Assembly (NCBI RefSeq): GCF_009914755.1
Contig: NC_060940.1
Strand: one strand, 5' to 3'
Origin: the human T2T-CHM13v2.0 reference genome, Homo sapiens
DNA: 64,000 bases
Shown: positions 1 through 12,666 of the stretch, in pieces
How positions within the stretch are numbered: position 1 is the stretch's first letter
Layout of the letters: each line of letters begins with the position of its first letter
Made by a program: the position numbers and the translations under genes
Notes under the pieces: generated by a model
The model's input: the letters and a program-made list of their open reading frames with translations, nothing else
What the model was told of the DNA's origin: nothing
Database searches by the model: none

Positions 1-730
1 ACACTGTCTAAGTTAAATATCTGAAGGAGGAAGAAGGGTTAGCCATGTGAAGTGTGGCTAGGGGAGAGACATGGAATATTGCAGGCAGAGGGAAGGAATA
101 TGTGCGGGGCTCTGGAGCATGCATTCAGCTGGAAAGAAATTCATTGTGGACCCCAAAAGCAAGAGGGGCAAGAGGTGTGGCTAAAGACAATGAAGGCTTC
201 AGATGCCACCACATATAAACAGCTTGTATTCTATGTTGAGGGCAGTGGTGAGCTGTGGAAGATTTTAAGGCAAGCAAGAGACTTGTTTAGATTTGAATAT
301 TTAGAAAAATTTCTCTAGCTGTGGGGTTGGAGAATGGGTTAGATGGGGACAGGAAAGGTTGCCTGGAGATCAGTTAAAAACTGTTGTAGGTTGTGGCCTG
401 CACTGAATTAGGGAGACAGAAGCAAGAATGGGGAGAAGTGGATGAATTCAAAAAATGGAGGGGTAGGTTCTAACGGAGCTGATGAAGGAGAATGCGGCAT
501 ACCAGCTGATTCCTGGCTTAGGCAACTGGGTGGAAGGTGGTCCCAGGCAGTGATGCAGGGAGCACAGAAGGAGGAGCAGGTGTGTGCGGGAAGATGATGG
601 ATTCTCCTTGGGACATATTGGGACATTGCAGGGAGGTGCTCACAGGCAGTCAGATGCAGAGGTCTGGAACTCAGCAGTTGATCTGGACTGGGGATGACTT
701 GCAGAGCTGCAGGAGAAAGAGAGGGTGAGA
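1..730 (-). mobile_element. L2 LINE fragment
   Basis: Purine-rich tract resembling antisense L2 (gcaggcagagggaagg, ggcttaggcaactgggtggaaggtgg, gtctggaactcag). Confidence 0.7.
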
Positions 731-739
731 AAGGGCATA

Positions 740-890
740 TTTGCACCTACTCTAGGGCAGACACATTTATCAATGTCTTTTAATTTAGCATTCACAGTAC
801 AATACCATTTTACAGATGGGGAAGCAGAGGCACAAAAAGGCTAGGGATCACATACAGCCAGGACATATCCAAGCTTAGATTTGAACCTCA
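740..890 (-). mobile_element. MIR SINE
   Basis: Antisense MIR core ccattttacagatggggaagcagaggcaca...atttgaacc. Confidence 0.7.
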
Positions 891-2539
891 CCCTGTGTGT
901 GTGTGTACATGTGTGTGTGCCTGCAACAGTGTGCACCCGCATGTGTATGTGCGTGTTTTTTCCCCAAAAGGCAATGCTATCATCACTTTTTCCTGTGCCA
1001 GCCACTGTTTGAAAATATCATAGTTGCTTTTGCCAGCTTGGCACATCTCACTGGCTTAATTCTACAGGACATCTAGCTTTGACTGCCCCTAGAATAGGGA
1101 TGGCACATTGATACCAGAGCTTGGGATCCAAATCAGTGCTAGCTTGATGGATAGGAAAATGAAGGGAGAATAATGTAACCATGAGTGGTGAATGCTAGAT
1201 TTAGAAGGTTCTTTTTTGCACCCTGCCATATGGGCCACTTGCATGGCCATGAACATAGATCTTGGTGAAATCCTTTTCTAGTGAAGATCAGAAAATAATT
1301 CAGCTCAGTGCTGTGTGTGCATGAACTTGCTGTGGTATTATTTGCAGTAAGAGTAACCTGCAAGAGGCTACCTTCTGATCCTGCTAGCCATTTCCTTTAC
1401 CTGGAAAAAAAGCTTAGACATAAAAGAAGAGAAATGGCTTAAGAAGAAATGGAGGTGAGCAGAAGAAATAAATAGCCCAGGCTGGTAGCACAGCCATGTT
1501 TTTGAGCTCTCTTGACCATTGGAGCATGGCGGAGGGAGAGTCTGTGTGAAGCATTTCAAGAAATAGCAGAGAGCAAGACCACAGCCACTGGGCTTCCAGA
1601 GGCCGCAGCCTTATTTAAAGTTATGTTTTGATCCTTAGAAGCAGACTCTTTTTTTTGAATGTGAAAAGGAAACGAATTCTGGCATGAAATTCTGTTCCAC
1701 TGAATTTATTCTCAAAGGTACTCCTGTTCAGTGGGCCAAGGTGTTATGAAAATGCGGAGATGCCGCTGGGAAGCCAATTCTAAGGGATTCAGATTGTCAA
1801 GACCCAATCGCCAGGAGCCGCTTGCCGCTTCTGCTGAATCCCCGAATGCTCCTGAATCAAGGGCCAATTCAGAATGGGTTTAGAGCTGGGATTAGGGTAC
1901 ATGGACCTGGATTCTAAATCAGATCCAAAGGCAGGAGGGGCTACCATTGCATTGGTCAGAGAGATTCAGTGGAGGCTGATTGCATCCTTCTGTGAGTAGG
2001 ACTCAGGACTGGGGCACATCCTCAGCTAAGGGCTGTGACGATCTCGGAGCCTCTTTTATGCCCTGCCTGGGCTCCTGGCTTCAGAGCATTTCTTGGTTAA
2101 TTTGCCGCTACCAGTCCCAGGGGAGCACCCTCATCTGCTTAACTTAGTAGCATCACCTGCTAATGGGCAGAGCCCCCTACAACAAACCTCATGTAATTGT
2201 TGGCCAACGTGTAGACCTATTTTCTTTGAGTCAGGTGCCCCATGTAGTCCAAGCAGTGGGCCAAGTCAGACAAAACGTGTCACTTTGCTGAGGGGGCTGT
2301 GCTGGGAGGGGGTTTGGATGTGGTTGGACCGTGGCTGACTTGCCAGCGTCTCTAGTCAAGGGAGAGGGCTTGGCTCAAGGCTGAGTTGGTGTGTTAGCTG
2401 ACCACTGTGGTTAGGGAGCGGTCCCAGAAGAGCACAGTGCATTGATTAGCAAGTCGGAAATCCCAGAATGATACAAACACCTCTTAGGCTCATCTGTTCT
2501 ACTCTGTCAGAGATGTGAGGACATCTCTGGACTTGTGTC

Positions 2540-2742
2540 AAAGAGCACGGCTCAGAAATAGGCACCATCATCTAGTAGCTGTGTGGTCTTAGGGAGCTTG
2601 GTTAATCAGACAGAGCCTCAGTGTCTTATGCTGTGAACTGGGCTATCAACAAGGCCCACCTCCCAGGGTAGTGAGGATGAAGTGAGATGAAGGCGTCTCC
2701 CCAATCTCCTGGCACCCAGGAGGCATGGAATAAAGTTAGCCT
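2540..2742 (+). mobile_element. MIR SINE
   Basis: tagctgtgtggtcttaggg...gagcctcagtgtc...cctggcacccagg...aataaagttagc matches MIR consensus. Confidence 0.7.
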
Positions 2743-3049
2743 CCTTCCAGTGAAATACAAGTGGCCAATCAGTACAGAAGGAATTGTAGAAGGAGTATTT
2801 CTACCCAGGGACAAATGAGGAATATAACTAGCAGAGATTTTAGTTATTGAAGTCAAAAGAGCTTGGTAGACTATGGCCAAACTTTCTAGGTCAGTACCCA
2901 GAGAGAAGCGAATATAGATGGTGTTAGGTGGTGACAGTTCTGTCTGTTTTTCCTGTCCACTCACTCACTGTTTGACTTTATTTAATCTATTTGTTTATAT
3001 ATTATCAATTATTTCATCTATTAGTCATCTGTGTGCACACACATCATTT

Positions 3050-3410
3050 TAAAACCAAGAAATATTTATTGAATGTCTGTTATATGTCAGACACTGTAAT
3101 AAACATTGGTGATACAATGATGAAAAACACCCAAATACCCTGACTTCATAAAGCTTACATTTTTTGGATGGGGGTGCAAGCAGGCGATACAAGCAAAATC
3201 ACTGCAGATGCCTGTAATGACAGTGTAATGAGCAACCACAGGCCTTGCCTCAGTTTACCCTCAAGACATCTCTGTGAAGTAAGAGGGTCCTGTCATCTCC
3301 ATTTTAAAGATAAGAAAAGTGAAACTGAAAAAATGCATTGATTTTACCAGATACACACACCTAGTCTGGGCAAGAGCCTCCCACTTCCAAATCCTGCATT
3401 CTTTTGACTT
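3050..3410 (-). mobile_element. L2 3' end followed by MIR fragment
   Basis: aaatatttattgaatg...aagcttacatt (L2), then ctccattttaaagataagaaaagtga (MIR core). Confidence 0.6.
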
Positions 3411-3769
3411 CCCCATAATCTAACTTCTGGGAGGAAGGAAGAAATGCAAACTGACAAAAAAAAAGGAAGGTTTTCAAAATATGACTTTATAAATGTACCT
3501 TAAGAAGTTCCATGAATTGCAAAGGGAAAAAATAGCTCACTCAGTTACTTTTATTTTTATTTCTGCCTTTAAATTCCCATAGCACACTTCCTCTGAGTGG
3601 TTGGGGGAACTTTAGCTTCTTGTTTTGCCAGGCAAATGTTTATTTATACGGATAAGGCAATGCCATAGTCATCTGCATGGTCGTACTAAAGAAAGTCTCC
3701 CCTCACTCTGGGGTTTTATCATCCAGTGTTCTTGAGGAGTTTCCTCCTTTCTTCTTGGATTAGCCCAGG

Positions 3770-4101
3770 GACTACAGTGCAAATACCCAGTGCAAACAGA
3801 TGTGTCAAATTAGTGAAGGGGGCCAGGTGGGAATATTGTGAACCCTAAGCGAATATGTCTCCTCGGGGGGTGGCTGAGTGTCAACTCCATCCAGTTTCCA
3901 TGGGAGGTGGGGGGTGACAGTCCTCAGTATTGTCAAAACTTCTCATTTTGAAAGAGAAACGTAAGTCAAATATTTTTGTGTAATACTTTCATTTTAAGTT
4001 TTAGCTCAGATTCAACAAAACAGAACAAAACTCACAGTGTGGGCCAAGCCAAACACAGGTACAGGCCATTTTGGACCAGAGGCTGAGAGTTTTTGGTCTC
4101 T
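3770..4101 (-). mobile_element. MER102-like hAT-Charlie DNA transposon
   Basis: Reverse complement of MER102-type sequence (cagtgtgggccaagccaaacac...tttttggtctctg). Confidence 0.6.
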
Positions 4102-4968
4102 GGATTATGGCAGTTTCTGGTTATGGGATACTGATAACTTCTGAGCACCCACTCTGTGCTCGAGTACTCAGCCATGTCTGGCACATGGCAAACGCTCAAG
4201 AGATATTTCTGAATGGGAAGGGAAACTCAAAAAGGCAAAGTCCCATACTCAGGGTTGCACAGCTAGTGAGTGCCAAAGCTGCCACTCAGCTGCATATGAA
4301 AGTGTTCTCTTTGGTTTCTTAATGGTGCCCCAGTCAATTAGTTCATTCCCAATATGCTGTGTCCCTGGCACTGTGCCACCCCTAAGGGTGGGTACATGAA
4401 CGAGTAGAGTCACATCTTTTCTTCTTGGAACTCATGGTGGAGATGAGAAATTTGAAACTTAAAGCTTGAGCTTCCCATTTTACAGGGGGTGGCAGGGGGG
4501 TGCGGGGGAGCAGAAGCCCAGCAGAGAGAGTGACTGGTCCTGTGAACGTCACATGTCTGGGGCGGAGCAAGATGCAGAGTTGGGTCATCAGTTTTGGAGG
4601 CCACTGCTCCTTCTGATGCCCAACATTTGTGCCACTTCTGTCTTTTCTCCCCAATGCATGTCTAAATCAATATGTACGTACACACACATTCATCAGTGCA
4701 TACCCTTCCAGACTCATTTATTTGCTTATTTTAAAAAATTGACATAACTTTGCTGAATAGGGAGTGTGTCTCTTGGGGAAATCAGACTGATTCACAGGCC
4801 CTAGTAGGGCATCTGCATTAGATCCCTCTCTTCTCTACCCCCTTCCTTTCCCTCTCTCTGTTTGTTTTGCTTGGTGAACAGACACACAGATGAGCTTCTG
4901 GATGATGGGAATTCAGGGCAGGGGATCTCACCAGGTGTGAGCCGACCAGGAGCTGAGAAGCCAGAACT

Positions 4969-5105
4969 TGGCTTAGGGATGTAGATTGGACATTTTGCAG
5001 ACCGCATGTGGAGTGGAACAGGGCCTGCCGGTCTTGTGAGTGAGCTTCCTAGGGTAACTTTGGATCTAAAGCTGTATGGCCTGAATGACCTTCCTGCATT
5101 TTGTA
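4969..5105 (+). repeat. Copy 1 of a ~138-bp local direct duplication (copy 2 at 6998-7136)
   Basis: Manual alignment: about 20 mismatches plus one 2-bp gap (~84% identity). Confidence 0.9.
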
Positions 5106-5174
5106 TTGTAAAAGTTGCTCTGGGAGAGTCACTGAGGTCCTCCCTGTCTCAGTGGAGAGGAGAGATGGTTATAT

Positions 5175-5481
5175 ATCAGAAATCAGATTTGATTTGTTTG
5201 GCCCTGATGTTTTAAGACAATTTTGAATCAGTGGCTAATATTTTAAAATTGGGAGATGTCATATTAAAAATCTGGATTTCTGGCTTCTTTAAAAGATGGA
5301 ACAGCATTGGATCCCACTCAGCTGCATCGCACTGGCTCTGGTTGGTAGCAGTCCGTTTAAGCAGTTAGGAGCTCTCTAGTTTGCCATAGTCCCCACCATT
5401 CCCTGTTGTTGACCTTTGGTCCACTCCACTCACTGATGTGATCTTTCTGGCATCATAAAGGCATTTGAGTTTGTGATCCTG
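5175..5481 (+). mobile_element. MER102-like hAT-Charlie DNA transposon
   Basis: aaaaatctggatttctggcttc...gtttgccatagtccccaccattccct...ggcatttgagtttgtgatcctg matches recalled MER102. Confidence 0.75.
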
Positions 5482-6754
5482 GGTTCAAAACTGTGTTGGG
5501 TCAGAACATGAAACCCAGGGCACACATACGAATCTGGAGTCAGTGTGGATTGGCAGCAAGAATCAGAGTTCTGTCCTTCGCCAAGCAGGAGACAGCTTGC
5601 AAGAGCAAAGTCAGGCCTGCTGGAATTGTGCTACCTCAAGATTTGTTGGGGGTGGAAGGTGAAGGTCTCTCTGTGTGTGTAGGGGTGGGGAGGGTGTGTG
5701 GGTGGCTCAGTGTGTGTCTGTGTGTGTGTGCCCACCATGTCATGGAGGTTTGATCTTTCTCACCTCTTCATCCCTCTCTCTTTCCCACTACACAGTTATC
5801 TCTGCAGTCTTCAGCACTGACTCTCAGGTTTGGTAAAGTAGTCCGTAGCTAACAGGGCAGGGAGGACTAGGGGTCTTCAGTCTCACTGCAGGGCCCTTTG
5901 AGTGGCTGTCCATCTAGGCATTTTACCTGTTGTTTGCCTGTCACAATAGTTTTCCATTTGTGATGCTCTGAAATCTTAGCCGTCTCCTTGAGAGATGTGT
6001 GCTCAGCAGGTGGTACCAGGCAGGGCTTTATCCCTCTGTTCCGGCACCAGCACCCTTCCTACGGAAAGGATTTGAAAAGGAAACCTTGACTTTCTATTGA
6101 TTTTTTAATAAGCACATATTTAGCTGTTAGTACTTGAAGTACAGGCTGTATTATATTCATCCAGCTAGCAAACAGTGTTTTAATTGATTCCGCTCCTAGA
6201 TAATGAACGCAGGGTGTCTGCAGGTAATTCTGCAGCAGCCTCCCTTTGTGTAGATGCCAGAGATGAACCTGATATTTACAAGGTTGTAGCCAACACAGGG
6301 GCAATGGGGAGACAACAAGAAGCAAAGGCAGGAGGAGAACCCTCCCTCCTCTCTCCATCCTTCCTCCTTAGATGTCTCTCCAGCCCCTTCTCCTCCTTTC
6401 TAGTTCTGTCACCATATTTTTGGGGGTCACTGAAAGGATTTTTTTTACCCCACTTCTAAGTGCAAAATGCAGACTAGGATGTATTGTTTGGTTGTTAATC
6501 TTGTGGGATTTCCAGTAAAGATCGTGGGACCGAGTGCTTAAAATTGCAACAGAACTTAAAAGTTTCAGAATTCATAGTTGCCTCCCACTCGGTGAATATA
6601 TTTCTCTGCTTTTTCTAGGGATGCCTAGAATTTAAAATGCTTTCAACAAGAGATGAATAAAAGTTCCTGCTCCTCCACTATGACTTCCTAAAGAGTGAGA
6701 AAGAAAACATATTCTCCTTTCCTTCAAGTAATCATGGCCTTGGAGATGATAAGT

Positions 6755-6970
6755 AAAATAACTAGCAGTTACCCACTGCTCCCTTTATGCTGGATGCTGG
6801 GCTCAGTGCCTTACATGATCATCTCATTTCATTTTCACAACCACCTTAGGAATTTGGTTCTATTATCACCTCTAGCTTATAGATCGAAAGACTAACACAC
6901 AAGAGGGCAGGCAACCTCTCTCAGGCCACACATTGAGGAAGGGATGGTGCCTGAACTTGAGCTCAGCTCA
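6755..6970 (-). mobile_element. MIR SINE
   Basis: atctcatttcattttcacaaccacctt...gcaacctctctcaggccacac. Confidence 0.65.
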
Positions 6971-6997
6971 CTCTTTTAAGCCTAACACGCTCTACAA

Positions 6998-7136
6998 TGG
7001 CTGAGGGGTGCAGTTGGGACATTTTGCAGACCAGGTGTGTGGAGTGGAACAGGGCCTGCCAGTCCTGTGAGTGAGCTACCTGGGGTAACTTTGCATCTGG
7101 AGCTGTACGGCCTGAATGGCTGCCCTGCTTTTTGTA
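6998..7136 (+). repeat. Copy 2 of the ~138-bp local direct duplication
   Basis: Shares ggacattttgcagacc, tgtggagtggaacagggcctgcc and tgtgagtgagct with 4969-5105. Confidence 0.9.
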
Positions 7137-7429
7137 CATATATTGATGCATTTCGTTTGGGCTGCTTGCTTCCTGATACATTTCTCTCAACCAGTTAAAG
7201 CTTCGATGGAAGCTGAATGTTGCAACTGATGAAAAGCAATTAGTTTGGATGACATTTCTGATTGGCTTCCATATCATACTATTAATCATAACGGTGAATG
7301 TCTATTCAGTGCTTATGACGTGTTGGGAACTGCGCTAAGTGTTTTATACACATTGTCACTTTGGGTCCTCAGGATGATCCTGGGACGTGGCTACAGAAGT
7401 CACTTATTATGGTCCAACAGCCAGGATTT

Positions 7430-7709
7430 TTTTTTTTAAGTTCTGAGATACATGTGCAGAACATGCAGGTTTGTTACGTAGGTATACACGTGCCATGGTG
7501 GTTTGCTGCACCTATCAACCTGTCATCCAGGTTTTAAGCCCACATGCATTAGCTATTTGTCCTAATGCTCTCCCTTCCCTTGCCCCCCACACCCCAACAG
7601 GCTCCAGTATGTGATGTTCCCCTCCCTGTGTCCATGTGTTCTCATTGTTCAACTCCTACTTATGAGTGAGAACATGTGGTGTTCAGTTTTTCTGTTCCTG
7701 TGTGAGTTT
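7430..7709 (-). mobile_element. 5'-truncated L1PA 3' end (about L1PA7-8) with 15-bp TSD, inserted in a MIR-like tract
   Basis: L1PA 3'UTR antisense (tacatgtgcagaacatgcaggtttgttac...gtgagaacatgtggtg); perfect TSD CAACAGCCAGGATTT at 7415-7429 and 7710-7724. Confidence 0.92.
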
Positions 7710-7839
7710 CAACAGCCAGGATTTGAACCAGGACTTGGTAGAGTAGGGCCAAACCTCTGGAGCCTGTTCTTAGAAACTACCATCTGGCCACCATGTTGCA
7801 AGTTCATTTTCTGCTGTTCCCCATCCAGTGCTCTGTCTG

Positions 7840-8330
7840 CCCCAGCCACAGGACAGCTCCCTGTTGTGGGTTTCACATGCTAAGTGATTTCCTACCCCAG
7901 GGCCTTTGCACAGACTCTCCTCTCTGCTTGGTGTACCTTTCCTCCTCCTTTCCCCTTGGCAAACCACACTTCAAGACCTAGTTCAGATGTTACTATGGGA
8001 AGCCTTCCTTATCTTCTGTGGAAAGAACGGGTTGCTTTTTTCTCTGAAGACTTCTCATTGCTCTCCTTAGACTTTGGTGTCATAACTTGTGTGCCCCATG
8101 TAGTTGTCAATTCTTTGAAGCAGAGAATATAAGGGAACTATCTCACTAGCACTTGCAGTTTATGTTTATTGCAGTCTCCTCAATACCTAGTCCAATGACT
8201 GGAACAGAGTAGGTGCTCAAGGGCTTAATAAATATTTGTTGAGTGAATGAGTCTGTGTTCCTAGTGCCTTGGCTGGAGGAGAATAGAACATTGAGTACAT
8301 ACTGTAGGAGCTCAATGCATTTTTATGGAT
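7840..8330 (+). mobile_element. L2 LINE 3' region
   Basis: cagggcctttgcac...gtaggtgctcaa...aataaatatttgttgagtgaatga L2 terminus. Confidence 0.75.
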
Positions 8331-8421
8331 GGCTTCTTATCTTTCTGTTCCCTCTCTTTTACCTCTTTTTATCTTCTGGTTCCAAACAGCATTTAGTGGA
8401 AGATAGGATAACGTTTCTAGT

Positions 8422-8597
8422 CTGGCGTTGGCAAACTTTTTCTGTAAAGGGACAGATAAGAATTTTAGGCTTCATGAGCCATATGGTCTCTGTCACACCT
8501 ACTCAACTCTGCCCTTGTAGCATGAAATAAAACTTTATGTACAAAACAAGGCAGCAGGCTAGATTTGGAACACAAGCTGTAGCCCGTGGACCCTTAT
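8422..8597 (+). mobile_element. MER58A hAT-Charlie element
   Basis: ttggcaaactttttctgtaaaggg...ctactcaactctgcccttgtagc...ataaaactttat. Confidence 0.8.
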
Positions 8598-8789
8598 TGT
8601 AGAGTATTCTTGTCATGACAAGTACTGAAAGATGGTATTTGGGCTTCTCTTATCACAATCAACATTATCTTAGTTGCCTAAACCACAGTCTTAAACTGAG
8701 CCTTGAAGAAAGTCTTCTCTGTTTGTTGTCATGCATAGTGTTTCTCTGAATGCATCATTGATAGCCCATTTAGCTGACATCTTACTAGA

Positions 8790-9020
8790 GAATTACAGTA
8801 GAGCTATGGTTATGTTTTGGAGTCAACTATATTTGGTTAGGATTCTGTGTTTATGCTGTGTGATCCCGGGTAAGTTACAGAGCCTCTCTGATCCTCTCTT
8901 TTGTCATCCGTGATACTGGCCTTAGGTCAGCATACTTATCTCCAAGAGTTTTAATGGGTTGATCCAAGTGAAAATGTTCAGTGTGTTTCAGTGTGTTTAG
9001 GGATTGAACAAATATTAGTT
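8790..9020 (+). mobile_element. MIR SINE
   Basis: gctgtgtgatcccgggtaagttacagagcctctctga MIR core. Confidence 0.6.
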
Positions 9021-10094
9021 ACTTTATCTTCTTATGGGCTTTTATTCAGAACCTCAGCCTTTCAACTGAAACATGGAAATACACACTGTAAAAGTCAGTG
9101 GAGCTCAGAAAGGCCCCCATGTCTATAGGATTCTAGAAAGAGTCTTTGAAAAGTGAGAGACATTTAAGTCTGAGGAATTCAGCGCTTCTAACTGTCTCAC
9201 CATTCTCTTAGAGAGAGAGGGTGAGAAACGTTTGACATTTCATTTTCACACCTGTAATGTTACAAGTCTAATGCAAGCCTGGGAATCAAAGGTGGCTATG
9301 ACGTCGAGAGATGGAGAAACGGCCATGGCAGGGTAGGTGCTGGACAGACCAAGGTTGAAGATGCCACGTTCAGCTCTGCTAGGCAGGTACCTTTGAAACT
9401 ACAAGGTATCGAAGGGATTCTTAAGAAAATTCTGGGATGGGAAGGAGTAAGTATTCAGATTCTCTATTAGGAAAAAGAAGAAATTGGATCAGACAACCAT
9501 ACATAGCGATACATGCCACATACCGTACTTATATACATTCCTCAAGGACTTGTGTGTGGCTTACAGCAACTAAATGTCACACAAAACTGCTGCTGTCTGG
9601 TTCCTTATCTACCCACACTTCCCCAGTTTTGTTCCCAGACAGGATCTCTGCACAGCATTCTCAAATGTCTCCGTTCAGTTCAGGCTGACTTCTGTGTTCC
9701 TCAGCTCCAGCACCTCCAGATTTTTACTGCTGAACTTTGGTGGCCTTCGATATTTTATGTCCTGGGAGTGGGGTCTACCGTGGCTTGGAAGACTGAGATG
9801 CTCCTTCCTGTCCAGTCCCATTGGTTTTGGCTCCTAATACTACAGAACACTTAAAACTTGAATTTGCCTTGGTTGTGAATTTGTCTCCCTAATAGATGAA
9901 AAGCTCCTTGAAGACAGGGGTTGTACCTCATAAACCCCTTTAACTCTCATCCCTAGCATGGTGTGTGGCACTTAATAAAGGTTTGATGAGTGTTGCTGAA
10001 TTTGAAAATAGGAAGTTACTTATCAATTTGGAGACACTTTGAAGTAGACAAACTGAAAACATCTTGAAATGCTGGCGATGCAGGAAAACAGGTT

Positions 10095-10295
10095 AAAAAA
10101 ATTCAGTAGCTTTAGGGATAAAAGTGGTTTTTGGTGACATGGATGAATTGTATAGAGGTGGACTCTGGGCTTTCCATGTACTTGTCACAGAATATTGTAC
10201 ATTGTACCCAATAGGTAATTTTTCATTCTTCACCCCCTGCCATCCTCCTCTCTTCTGAGTCTCCCGTGTTGATTATACTACTCTGTATGCCCCTG
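10095..10295 (-). mobile_element. L1PB/L1MA 3' end fragment
   Basis: gtggtttttggtgacatggatgaattgtatag...tgtacattgtacccaataggtaattt. Confidence 0.7.
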
Positions 10296-10714
10296 TGCAA
10301 AACAGATTTTGTGCTGACTTCAAGATAGAGTGACCTGTCCCTTTAAACCAGCCCCCCTAAACCCTTGATGAATCTGACTATCTCGGTGACCAAAGCAACA
10401 TCACTAGAGACTTGTTGCAATTGGTTGTATCATTGTCATTCCAAATGTCTGTTTTCTGGCACTTTCTTGTGGGAGCTCCTAGGAAGACAGCAGTCCCTCC
10501 AGAAATACCCCAGTTTCTGAAAGTTTTGTTGCTAAGAACTAGTCCCTGCCCATGCAGGTAAATAAGTAAGAGATAGTGTGATTGGGGAACAGGATGAATG
10601 AGCTAAATGAAGTACTTTGTGGAAAGTATTTAATATTTGGTAAGCGTGAGCTATTAAATCAGGGTAAACAGCCACAGTGAGAGTGCTTTGGATGGTTTCG
10701 CAGTTTGGGATTTA

Positions 10715-11180
10715 GCAAACATTGACCAGCTGCCTATGTGCCAGGCACTTCCTTAGTTGGTTCAAGACCTTCTGAGATAAACATTACTATTCTTTTCATT
10801 TTATAGTTGGTAAAACCAAGGTTCAGAAGATTAAGCAACTATCCCAAGACTTACAGCTCAAGGGCTGGAGCAACTAAAATTCAAACTCAAGTCTTCTGCC
10901 TTCAAGAAGCAGTCTCTTCCCTTGCTACAGCAATGGTGGTTTAGACCAAGAACCCTAAGGCCAGACTGCCTGGGCTTTAATTCAGACTCTGTTGCTTATG
11001 AACTGTGTGACCTTGGACAAGTTACTTATTAATATGTCTATACTTCACTTTCCTTCTGCAAAAAGTGAGGATAATAATAGCTTCTACCCCAACGTGTGGA
11101 TGAAATAATGCAATGTGTAGGAAGTGCCAAGTGTGCGTGGCATACTATAGGCACTGTGTAAGTATTCATTTTGATTACAT
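10715..11180. mobile_element. Two adjacent MIRs in opposite orientation (- then +)
   Basis: Antisense core (aaccaaggttcagaagattaagcaactatcccaag), then sense core (ccagactgcctggg...ctgtgtgaccttggacaagttactta). Confidence 0.75.
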
Positions 11181-11909
11181 TGGACCACCTCTTCTGCATG
11201 CAGTACCTACATGATCTATTAGTTGTGTAGTTTCACCTTCAGAATCTTGATGGGCCAATTGACTGGCAGCAGTCTGCTTGCATTCCACAATGCACTCTTC
11301 ACCCACTGTCCCTGTCCCCAGCAGCACTGAATTTCCAGGGATGCAGACACCTTTGCTTCATAATGCCCCAGCTCGTAGCATGGCATCTGGTGGCTTTGTT
11401 ATTTTTCTTCTGCAAGATTATGCATCTCAGGGATTTCTCTGTTAGCATTGACTAAATAGAGTGTTATTTATGCAGGGCCCTTGGTGACTGAGTCGCTGTC
11501 GCACCCACCACATTTATGTATAGTTCGTGAACTGGCAGATTGATCCATCAAGGATTCGAGGAGCAGAAGTGCATTTCATTCTGTTATTCTATGAAGACCT
11601 TGGCGACGCTGTCTGTTTGATGTGTCGGAGGATGGTTTGCTAAGGGCCTCTGGCTTACAGGACATCAATACTGAGGATTCTAGAGAATGGATTTGGACAA
11701 TAAGTGTTGTTGGCATGTGTCTGCAGGATGAGCAGCTGTTGCCTGCCTCTTGCCCTCCCATAAAAAAGACAGCACGTGACTACAGAATGCTCTGTGGCTG
11801 AAGGGACACTGATTCTGTCATTAAAAGACATCAGGGCTTGTTATATGGTTTACTGGGAAAAGCCCTTCCTGTGCCAATTCGAGCATCTCACCTAACCACT
11901 TGTTGGCCC

Positions 11910-12370
11910 GTTAAGTACAAAGTGAACTCCAAACTCCTTAGCTGACATCTAAAGCCTTTATGATCCCAGGTGCCCCACATCTTTCTGTGTCTGAAAAGTC
12001 ACTCCATCCCCACCACATGCACCTCGTAATCACTTTCCCCTGAATTCTTGACTGGTCTCCAGATAGCTTACAATTCCTCACAACTTTTGTCTGTGCACGT
12101 GTTCTTCTTTTTTCTGAATGCTCTTCCTCCTCTTTGCCAATGGCAAACTCCTACTTATTCTTCAAAACCCAGCTCCAATAGCACCAAATCCTCTAAGCAG
12201 CATTACTTGCCTTCTCTTCTGTCCCTTTCCTCGATGCTCTTCTCTGCTGTGACTGTGAATCCACTTTCTTTTTGTTATGTCTCTTCATCAGATCAAATTC
12301 CATGATGGCACAGACCATTTATCTTGGAACTCCGCATACAGTCTTAGTCCTGTGTTTTCTTGACAGGAAT
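11910..12370 (+). mobile_element. L2 fragment
   Basis: tccaaactccttagctgacat...tggcaaactcctacttattcttcaaaacccagctc. Confidence 0.6.
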
Positions 12371-12666
12371 GAAAAATGAGTTAGAAGTCTTAGTTTGAAG
12401 TCTGGTTTCTGCAGAGCCATGCACACTTGGTGAAGCTCAGCTTTGGGTCCAGCAGTGGTATTTTGCCAAAGAAGTTAGCCTCCTCCTCTCAGTCCAGGAG
12501 TCTGGCCTTTGGTTGTCTTGCAACCTTAGTACTGATGGCTGGTTCCTCCTCTTGACTCCTGTACCTTGATTTGGCTCAGAGTTTTTCTACATAGCAATGT
12601 AGGAACATGAGGCGGGTGACACAATCTCAGTCCTCAAATGCTTGACTCAGTCACACTGGCTATGAC

